Assembly (NCBI GenBank): GCA_002633005.1
Contig: NMRA01000708.1
Location: 125,872 to 189,871 of the forward strand
DNA from: Phoronis australis
Taxonomy: Eukaryota > Animalia > Phoronida
Direction of reading: 5' to 3'
Length of the DNA: 64,000 nt
The notes beneath the pieces are model-generated. The model saw only the letters and a program-made list of their open reading frames with translations, was not told the origin of the DNA and searched no databases. Shown piece by piece: positions 13,992 to 24,800 of this stretch (position 1 is the first letter of the stretch; each line of letters begins with the position of its first letter). The translations under genes and the position numbers were made by a program.

Positions 13992-15559
13992 CACAGGCGT
14001 CCTCAGGTTCTGATCGATCGTCCCCAAAACACTGTATAATACTGCAAGGTATGACACTCCGGACTAGAAATTCTACGGGCGCTTCACTTCAGCCGTCCGT
14101 AGCAAACTCAAAACTCAATAAATTTACACAAAACAGAGGTTCAACAAACCATTGAGGAATTGTTCTTTCTCCCAATACCATTTACGGTGCTGCCCCTACG
14201 CCACGGTGTCCTGCTCCACCGAGTTCATAAGAAATTCTTGGTCAAAGCACAAAAATGTTCCCAAAAAGTCCACGCATCGAGCCTCCTTGGACGGTTCGAG
14301 GTCAAGGACACTACAGAATTATCCGATGAGTTATGGATATACGGCAATTGCCGATTCATCACGGAAGGTTTAATATCTTTAATATCTCCAAATGCAATAA
14401 TATTCATATCCACAGAAAACGTTCCCCCATAATATACAATTACAGCCTACACAATGCTTCACTCAAATGCATTAATGAAGCCCCATACCTCGGGGTCACT
14501 TTCACCCATAATTTATCATGGAACACTCGTATCTAGACGCAATCAGCTCAAAGGCAAAAAACTCTTGGCTTCATTAAACGAAATCTCAGATACGCTCCTC
14601 GAAAAACAAAAGCCCTTGCCTACACTTCACTTGTTGGACCAAAACTAGAATACTCCTCCTCTGTCTGGGACTCATCCACTCGTAAAACATTGAAAAAATA
14701 GAAATGATAGAGCAGCCAGGTTTGTTTTAAATGACCACTCAAGGTACTCATCCGTTTCATCCATGCTCAAAACTCTCAATTGGCCCACCCTCCAGGAAAG
14801 ACGAGCTCAGAACAAACTATCCCTTCTGTACAAGACCGTACATAACCTGGTTGCTATTCCTGACTCATACCTTCCACTCCTACAGACCTCCTGATCACCA
14901 AACTCCCACTCCCATACCTTTGAGAGATTATACATCCGCACTGCATACTACCCAAACTCTTTCTTTCCATCTACCATTCTACTCTGGAATAGACTTCCAT
15001 CTCATCAGAAACAATAGAAATATTCACAAGTCACATCAATCTTACACAGTAATCATTAAGACCTGTTTTATCTTGGCACTAACCAGCACTTCGTCTTATC
15101 GTTATTTTTCACAGTTCCATGCACCTTGGTTTTATACTAACAATGCGCCAACAAGTAAGGATGGATACCACGATCGTTTGTTGTATATAGGAAGAAGAAG
15201 AAGAAGAGGAAGGTTACGAATGGTCTAGAGTTATCAATGTCGTCACACTCCGTGACAAATCGGCAATTGCCATACTGTCCTTGACCTCGAACTGTCCACA
15301 GAGGCTTGAACATTTTTGTGCTTTGACTGCGAATTTGTTGCAATCTCGCTGGAGCAGGACACCGTGAATGGTATTGGGAGAAAGAACAATTGCTAATGGT
15401 TTGTTGAAACCTTGTTTTGTGTTACAAATTTATTGGGTTTTGTGTTTGATGTAGAAGGCTGAAGTGAAGCACCTGTGGAATTTCTGGTCGGGAGTGTCAT
15501 ACCTTGTAGTATTATACATATAGTGTATTGGGGACGATCAGAAGCTGTGGACGCCTGTG
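13992..15559. mobile_element. Foldback/MITE with ~310-370-bp inverted arms (CACAGGCGTCC...GGACGCCTGTG), interrupted centrally by a LINE
   Basis: 13992-14364 is reverse-complementary to 15250-15559 (e.g. ataatactgcaaggtatgacactcc / ggagtgtcataccttgtagtattat; aattgttctttctcccaatacca / tggtattgggagaaagaacaatt). A short copy with the same ends lies at 32754-32878. Confidence 0.85.
14371..15207 (+). mobile_element. 5'-truncated non-LTR retrotransposon (CR1/L2-group RT C-terminus) with (GAA)n tail
   Basis: Frameshifted RT C-terminal peptides YLGVTFTHNLSWNTRI, LGFIKRNL, PKLEYSSSVWD, LNWPTLQERR. 3' tail gaagaagaagaagaaga. Flanked by the direct repeat GGAAGGTT at 14363-14370 and 15208-15215. Confidence 0.85.
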
Positions 15560-18392
15560 GTAGAAACGTCATGGCTTGGGCCAAGGCTCCCTGAGCAACA
15601 TGTAGCCATCCAGGCGATGTAACTGTCTAAAGGCTTCCAGCCATATAGCCGGGCATAGGAATAGGCATAGGAATGCAGATTTAATGTTAGACACAAACTT
15701 TGCCGAACATAGGCTCCCAACGTCTACTGTCCCAAATCCAAGTTAAATCTGCGTGCAACTCCATCAGACTGGTATTACATAAACCTCCGAAGCCTTTTCT
15801 ACCCCTGATTCCATTAAATTGTCTTTGTGAGTGGTGAATTGGCGACGGAATTTCCAAAACAAGCAGAACACTGAATTCAAGGAGACGAAGTAAATAGTTA
15901 ACTTGGTGGGTTTCAGTTTTGCTTTAACTTGTACGCCTGTTGAAGATAAATTTTGAGTTTGAGCAAGCAACCCCTCTGTCAAGAAATTTGTCTGCCGTTT
16001 GAATGACTGAGGTTATTAAAATTAGCGTTCCACTTATTTGTAATTTGCTTCTTCTCATTTTATCACTTAAGTAACCTAGACTTTAACTGCAAGAACAGGC
16101 CTACCTTGTATCTGATCTTGACATTATGTGCTACTCCTGGTTGAAGCAGAATGAAGACTTGGCTTTTTGCAGAAATTTAAAATGTCTGACCATACGTTTA
16201 GTCACAGGAAACATGAAATCACCCATCAGCAACTGCCCGATTTTGTAGTCTGCCTAAGTTAGTAGCCAGAAACCTGTTCTTCTTCAGTTATCAACAACGT
16301 TATTTTACAAAACCAGAGTTCAGATAGTTTCTCACTGACACTACATTATGTGGAGGGCACTCAAATAATATTTGTGGGCATGCGAAAACAGAGTTTCAGA
16401 ATTGCTTCGATTGTGTACGAAGGTCGTCTACCACGAATGTCACAAAATAGCCTCCTTGAATTTGTGATTTTGGTGTTTTTTGACATTTTTGTCATCAAAT
16501 CACCACTTGAAGGCAATTTGATTTGATCAAGTGAAAGAAGGTATTCAAAGATTTGTTCGATGTTGGTTCCAGATAGTTCCATGCACATTTGACTAGAAAA
16601 TTCTGCGCATACTGATTTTTAGTGTCCAACCTTTTTGTTTTTTATGTAGTGAGTGGTGTCAGTGGCGATCCAGAAACAGATAAACACAGCGCTTATGGTT
16701 TAATCAGTGTGAGGCATAATTTGTTGAAAAGCTTCTTCTGTTAGCCATTTTGGCCCCTTTTCAGCATGGCAGAATCCAGTCAATATCCAAACTTTTGATT
16801 TGTTTAGATATTGAATAATTTGCTATGTTGCCTAGGCTAACATCTTCTGCAGTTATTTTGATTACAGAGTGCGAGCTTTACTTTTTTATCTTCTTTACAG
16901 GAGATGAGAGTTAGAAACACAGAAATTTCGTAATGAGTTCCTGTTTTAGGATGAACTCTACCATTTCTCAATGATTAAGCACAACTTCATCTAAGTGATT
17001 CTGGAAGTGACTCAAGATATTCCCAGTCCTATGAAAGTAATTTCTCACTTAACTTAATTTCTTTTCCGCTGTCGACATTTGAAAATTGGAATTTTTAAAA
17101 TGGCCACTCGTAACGCTCTTTAAAATGCATGAAATTCATAGACAAAAACATGCATAAATTTCTCAGACACTGTCCAATTTTGATGATTCTCTTTTAATTT
17201 GTACAATTACTAAATAACCCCTTGCATATGAGATTCAGTTGGCAATTGGTATTTGGACAAAAAGGTTTATGTTGTCCCGTAACACAGTCGACTCGCGAAT
17301 ATGGAACTTGATTGTGATTTACCCGAAGCCGTTTTAAATTTACTTGCATTGCTTCATCCAAAGGGAATGTTAAAATAACGGTCATCCTTTTCATCTGTGC
17401 TATATGCGATGCAGACGTTGAGAGCCAATCAACGCTCTGCGTGGCTCTTGTTTATAGTATGTATACAGTTAATGATTACAGAAATGTGTATGAAAAAAGA
17501 ATAATTGAAGTATAGTTATAAGGTGGTGTTCAAACAAATTATGAAAGTCTTTGGAATGTGGTAAGATTGATGTTTTTGCACTTTCTTTATGTAGTTGTAT
17601 ATCAAAATTTATTTATTTGGCAAAGTCTTTTAAGTCTGAAAGCTTGAATGATGTCTTTTTGCTAACTATTAGCAATTGCTAATGTGCTCTATAATTTTCA
17701 AAGACATTCATTCACAGTTCCAGGATACCCTTCTAATTTGCTTTGGGTCAAAAGTGGTCTGATATTCTGTCACAAGTTGTTAGTGAAATTCTCAATTTGC
17801 GTTAGTCTCATTTACAAAATAAACATTTCATGCTCAGGTTTTCATTCAGCTGCACAGAAAGATCTGATTATGTTACAAATTTTCTTTGATATTTTCAAGA
17901 GCTCTTTTGCTGAAAAGGGGCCGTTTTTAAGGCTCTAAACTCAGAAGCGTTCACCAATTTTCAAAAATTAAAAAAAAATAATGCAAATCATTTGAAAGTG
18001 TTTTCTTGTGTTTCTGATAAAAGTATTCTCACCCTATTTATGGGACCATGGTAACTTCTTCCAACACAGGTGATGGACTGTCTGAAAGCTTGGTTGAACA
18101 TTCCGAGCAAATCTGTCAGGGGCAAAATCTATAGGGGGCAAAATCTGTAAAATTGATATGGTGTTCATGTCATGGATTTGTTTGTAGTTGTTTTCTGTAA
18201 ATTGACTACAAACTGTAATTCTGTTTGTGTTGCATGTTGTGTTACCTGAGCAAACGCAATTTTATGTCGAGGAATGTCGCGCACTAGTGAAAAGTTTCAC
18301 TAAATAATACCGTAATGTAATGTAATTTTGCTGTTTCAGTGACCCTCTCAATAAAACGCATCACCATCATCACCTTGTATTTGTTTATAGAC

Positions 18393-18863
18393 ATGAATGA
18401 CAGCGAAGAGATCAAACTTCTGCAAGAGAAAATATCACAGTTAGAAGATGAACTGAAAGACACTAAAGCTGAATTGTGCAGAACGAAGCGGAAACTGTCT
18501 CAAATAGAGGAAAAATATGAAAAGTCGGACGCATACAATGAAGACTTGAGAAATGAAATTAAAAAGCTTAGCAGTCGACTGCATGAATATAGACAAGCAG
18601 AGCTCAGCAGAGACGATAAAATTACACAAACTTATGAACCAGAATTTTCCGTCGATCGCGATTCACAAAGCTCAGCGGATGTTTTGTTGTCAAGTGCTGT
18701 AGTGCCACCTGTTGGTGAGACTGATGTTGAGCCGTCAGAGACTCGGACTCTTGCAGAGAGTCTGAAGGCAGCTGCAGAAACAGCGACGCATCAGTCGGGC
18801 TTTGTTTATGATGAAAACTATGGAATGTATTATGATTATAACACAGGCTACTACTATGATCCA
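18393..18863 (+). CDS. AGGF1: AGGF1 coding exon 1 (coiled coil and start of OCRE)
   Basis: Acceptor ttgtttatag at 18390, ATG 18393, donor CCA|gtaagt at 18864; MNDSEEIKLLQEK...YYDYNTGYYYDP. Confidence 0.92.
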
Positions 18864-21800
18864 GTAAGTGTTATCTTGGGTTAAAGGTTATGTGCGACCT
18901 TATCGACAAGTCCGCATATTTGCTCATATTCCTACCAAACCATTGATTTGAACTGAGTAAAAGTAAATATTTTCTGAAAGTACAAAGCCTACAGAATAAT
19001 TATACCAGTTTGCCATTACATAACCAAATCTTTTTAGTAAAGTTTAGCTAAGAAAGAAAAGCACATCCACTGTAAAACAACACTATCGATGACACCGCCA
19101 AATTTTGTTTCAATTTAAGTAATTCAATATGAAAGCTCAGAATTATTCTTAAGTTTTTTTAAATTATTGGTTTGTTTTTGCTTTTCTTCAACTTTTGGGT
19201 TTATATAAAAATCAAAGAAGTCTAATTTTTGGTAGCATGCAAAAGTGGAACATAGCAATTCTCAACAGCATTTTAGAGAACTGCATAAGGCGTATTATAG
19301 TACATGAAAGTTCAAGGAGGCAGTGTGGCCTGGTGCGATAGGTGCCCGCTTTCTTTACTCAAGGCCGGGGGTTCGAGTCCAACTGGGTCACACTGCTAGA
19401 CCCTTGAGTCGCGTTTCTAGCTCCTCAGCTTGGTTTTCACTACATATTAATAAAGCATAAAAATGGCTCCAGGTGATTAGTGCACTGGGCCCACCTGAGC
19501 GGACTGCACACATGTTGTACCAGACTGCCTGCTGTTATTTTTTATAGGAAAGTTTCACATGACTCTGATGGTCCATTTCTGAGATAGGAATCTCCAAGGT
19601 TTGCCAGATTTAGACATTTTTCGAGGGCGGTCCTTTCAAACCTTAAAGGGACATTGACGGAATTATAGACATCCTGCTCAACGTTTTGTGACATGGATTA
19701 TTTATTCAGGAAAATGCTGCTTATATCTCTTTGTGCATAGATGCTGTATATTGCTTTTGATGTGCTTCGATGCACTGTAAAAGGCATTACACTGATGTGC
19801 CAATGAAGTGGGTCATGGGTGCATTCAATGAGGAACCCTGTAACATAGTTATTTATTCTTCCTTAAAATACAGCAAGACTTATTTTTGGACTACTTTTGC
19901 CTTGACCTCTGATGATACATGTACCAACTGAAGCAAATTGAAATGAAAAAGTGGCTTTGGATGCAAATTCTTCTCGATGCTGGCTGTGATTTAAATTTCA
20001 ATTGCATGCCAGGCTCGTAAATGAAAATTGATTCATAACCTTAGTTTGTGAATTTCAGAAAAAGTGCCTTTACTACGACTCAAATTCTGGGATATATTAC
20101 CGTTTCAACCAGAGCACCAATGAGTATGAATACCACTCGCAGATTGACCTGTCGCAGTACAATTTCTATGACAACGCTAGTGATAATCAGCCAATGGAAA
20201 CGGAGAGAGCTCATAAGGAACTCAAGAGGAAGAAAAAAGATAAGCATAGAGATGTAAGTTTTAAAGGCAGACTAGACCAGTCTGTTGATTGGAGTTGATG
20301 TAAAAAGTTTTTCACAACTTAAACTTCATGTACATTCAGGGCTTGCTGCGAGGCATAACGTCGACTCGCCAAGTGGGACCTGGCGTGTGAAATAGCAACT
20401 TTTTGATTAAAGCCACATGGCATTACAATATCTGGTCTTGACCTGTTTCCTACTTAGATAAGAAGTGGTTTTTGGTCTTGTGAATAACTGACAATGTGGT
20501 TATTTCTTGAGCAGTGATGAACTTTCAGTTCCACCCAAGCTCATAAATCATTTGTAATTCGACTGAGGGACAAGTTCAGGCAAGTTTTATTAGTGTTTAG
20601 GTCTGAACCAAAAGTGAGTTTTCATGAAAAATGTCAAGTTCATAGCAGCTTTAAAAATATACTATTTTATGGTTGTTTTGTTGTATCACTTTTTACACTG
20701 CATAGTTTGGAAATAAACTACCTTTCTTTTTTGAATTAGGAGGAAAGTTTGGCGGATATTACGGACGCGCTGTCAAATTTAAACATACAACAGTTGCGAC
20801 AGAATGCAATAGGTACGTAAACTTGACAAGTCATCTTATTTCCAGAAGAAACTCAAGAAATGTATTCGGAAGGAATCTCTTCTAAGTGCAAGTGACCATT
20901 TGGTTCCAAAAGAAGTTCCGAAAAACCTCAAGCCAATGAGTGACGGAACGGACAAATTTGTCGAAGAATTTGACTCGGATAGCGAACCGGAAGAAGTTGA
21001 TACAACAGCTGCTGAAAACATTGAGGTAGTGACAGATGGTCTCCAAGGAAATGGTTCCCGTGGCAACAGTCCAGAGGAGAGTGACATGGAGGAGGGAGAG
21101 TTGTCTGACTCATCGTCGTCTAGTAGCGAAGTGACATCTGAAGGGGACTACGAGAGTGAAGGTTAACGACGCTAGATCTTACCTGTTCAGCCAGCTTGGC
21201 ACTGACTTGATTACACAATAGATGGCGCTTATAGTCACACTACTCTTAAGACAGGTTTTACAAATAAATTAATTGTCAGGGACCTGCAGTATTCCAAGAT
21301 GGGAGTGGGTGACATTTGATACCCTTACTAGTGTGTAAGCAATGTACTGCTCGGTATATGGTATCAATCATTGTAGACCTGTTTTGATCTCAGACATTGT
21401 GGAACAACGCAGAACAGTATAAACCTTTATTCGGTTAACTCATCTTGCTCCGTTATGAAAGGCAGGATGTTCTCGCTGACGGCATTCTTTTCTCGCAAAA
21501 TTTTTGTCCTAGGTTTGTTTCTCATGCGCCAACTTTTAATTTCCTGATAAACTCTAATTCACTTTTTGGTCGTAATGCGGATTATTTCTGTGGCAACTAA
21601 TCAGTTATTTTATTCAACTTTTTATGTTTAATTCAGGTGCTATTGATGCTAGGTTCAGAAAAAATGTCAACTTTTATTGTTAATGAAACATTAACTTTTT
21701 GGTTATCATAAGTTACGGTCATACAGTTATGACTTTTTACCAGTCACATTCCAGTTGTACACAGACGTTTGGATAATACTAGCGAAGCGTTTGGTAACTC

Positions 21801-24800
21801 CTGCCCCTAGAAAGTGAATTGAATTGTGGTCCATGAGACAAGAAATATGTTACTGTCAGAACAAGTTGTAGTTCCTTAGGAAGAAAATGCAGTTCTTAAG
21901 AAAAGAACGCTGTTAGTGAGAATGCCTTTGCAGTTCGGGAGGGTGGAACACTGATTATGTTAATGAATTATGTTTGAAGCTGCTGCAGCCCGTGTTTGCA
22001 TGAGATGGTCAGTTTTGCGCCCTCTTTCAGGAAGTTCAGCCGTGCATTATCCTCCGTGCATCCGAGTGATAGTTCAGAAATCTGACACTCTTGACGAGGG
22101 GACGCTGTTCATCTTTACGTGCACAGGTGCAACTGTCGGCAGAGAGAACAACATGGGCCATGCAGTATTGGTACCAGATATGAACGTCAGCAAGGTTAGT
22201 TTTGTTACTGAATTGCTGTTGCCGCTGTAATTTTTTAGTGCTTTGATGCCCTGAGCTATGATAACTGAGGGCCAGGGGAACAAGAATTGCTGATGGATGG
22301 TACATTTACACTTCCTTATTAAAGTCACAATCACATTCAAATTTTTAATGGACTTTAACTTCATAATGCTCTAGGTAATGTACTTAGAAGTGTGTAATAG
22401 TGTGTTGTGAGTGAGTTTTGTCTCACTGTCTTGTGTTTCAGATGCACTGCTCCTTGAGTTACGATGATGAAGCCAAAAAGTATATGCTGAAGGACCATGC
22501 TAGCCAAAATGGAACTTTCGTCAACTCTGTGCGAATTTCAGAGGTGAGAAATGATGCATCAATTTCTTTAACTCTGTGGTACAATGTAACAAGTCAACGT
22601 AATTATAACTCTTAGATTTTCACTTGTTTCCCTTATTTTTGTGATATATGTAGATGTGGTCAAACTTATAAGTTCCTGTCTCACTTTTCACTGGCCCTTG
22701 AAATAGGTGGAAATAGATCTTTATAGTGTCACACATGCTATTTCGTTGCATCTATCGTAAGCATGTGCAAAAATCTTAAAAGGGTATCAACAACTGAAGG
22801 GTTCTAGGATGGCCAGGTGGTGGGCGGGGGCATCACTCAACAACCACAGGGTCTTCAGGGCTTGGAATTTTCCGCGGAAACGCGGATTTCCATTTTTTTC
22901 AAATGTGCTTTCCGCTTTTTTATAATATTTCCGCGTAAAAAATCGGATTTGATATAAAATTTCCGCGGCAAATTCCTTTCTTACCGCGGCGTTGCAGACG
23001 ACGTTCACCTCGAAAAGCGGAAGTTGCTCTTTATGTTCGGAGGAACGTAAATTGTCAACATTGCCGGGGCATCTGGGATAGCGTGGTGTGATTTTCAATG
23101 GCGTCTCGTGTTATTGTTAAGCGTGGCGACAAATACTACCGCTGTGCAGCCAAAAATGTGTGGGTTGGGAGTAGACGGGCGAGCTAAAAGGACGCAGATG
23201 CATGCTACTGATGGTGGTAACGTTTTTTTTCTTTTTTTTTTAAGTCCTCCCGATTTTTGTCGGGGAAAGGTTCACATTGACCAGTTCTAGGCTGGTTATC
23301 GGGCGATGATTTGGGCTGTAAAAGTTTCAAAGTTTCCGCGTTTTTTGTCATTGGTCATTCCAAGCCCTGGGGTCTTGCTTTAGTTGGATTCTTCTTTTTG
23401 ATAGAATCATGAGTGTGAGGTAGTTTGGTAACAACTGACATCAAGAAATAGATAATTAGGTCAACATTTCACCCCTTCCCAAACTGAATCAAGCTTCCCC
23501 AAATTATGTTTAATGTAACATTGGCTCGCAGTGGCAGTTTTTAATTGAGTGATTTAGGATCAAGGTAGGATGCTTCGACCCTTACAAACCTCTACACGGT
23601 TTTCAGCCAAAGGTGATGAGTGAGCCGTGGCCAATTCAACACGATGACGTCATCACCATAGGTGGAACCTCTCTACTCTGTCACATTCACCCCGGTACAG
23701 AGACGTGTGATGGTTGTGAGCCAGGTCAGGTGCAAGCTAAGTTGGCCCAGCAACAACCTGCTAGAGGTTAGTCATTTAAAGGCAGTACAGTGATAGGCAC
23801 AGTTGCCAAATTTTTGCCTCAAACGATTCTAGTGAGCAACGGTAAATCTTGACTTTAAAAAGATTCTATCTACGTGAAATTTTTGATAATTCGAAGGGAT
23901 TTTTTTGTGTCGTGGTGAGGGGAATTTTGTGTGATTACTCAATGTTTTTCACATTAGCATGAGCTCAATATCCAACCACCAAATGGAGGCTTCACAGGTT
24001 CTGATCATGTGAGGCAATTCTGATAATTACGACTAAATTACATTATTTGCTGCCAGGACCTACTGGTTAACAGAACATGAAATTTATTGTTAATTATACT
24101 TGGTCACATCTCCAGTGATGGCTGCATCATTTCTGCTGCAGACATTGTTATTTTGTCAAGAGAGGAAAAAGAGAAACTAAGAAGGAAAGAGTTGAAGAAT
24201 ATTAGGAAGAAATATGGACTGCAGGTAGGATATTTAACACGACTAGCATCGCAATCAGTTAGTTTTTACAGTATCACACTTCTCCATTCGCCCTCTGCAG
24301 TAGAGTTATCTCCCTTGTACTAGTACTAAATACCATTGGGATACCTGGTGTCGGGTAATCACTGAATGACAGGTTAAGAATGGCAGCCTCCTTTGAATGG
24401 CGTATAGAAAGGTCTATATGGGGTACTGCAGAGGCACGTCTTTATTTTGGATTACTTGAACTTTGCTTACAAGTGTGTCCGTGGTATGTCCTCAAACCAG
24501 TAAACAACAATCAATATGTGGCTGAATAGTAGAACGGTAAAGTGTGTTAAGAGTACTTGTATTACGAAATTTACCTAAATGTTTAGGTACACCGATTACC
24601 TGGTGATAATTTCTTTGTGATGTGATCTATGTGCATATTAAATTTAAGATTGGGATCTAAAATAAGGCCCAAGTACCTAAACTTGTCAACACACTTGATA
24701 GGGGAACTGTTGGTTGGAAGGGACCGTTTCTGTGTTTTTAATTGCTGGTGGGTTCCCAACAGCATGGACTTGGTTTTACTAACGTTAAGAGTGAGTTTAT

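Noticed and set aside
19316-19395. Functional tRNA gene
   Set aside because: A and B boxes are present but acceptor and anticodon stems do not form; treated as a SINE head.
20514-20606. Possible intronic C/D snoRNA (GTGATGA...CTGA...CTGA) in AGGF1
   Set aside because: No terminal stem and no rRNA/snRNA antisense element that I can recognise; the boxes are short enough to be chance.
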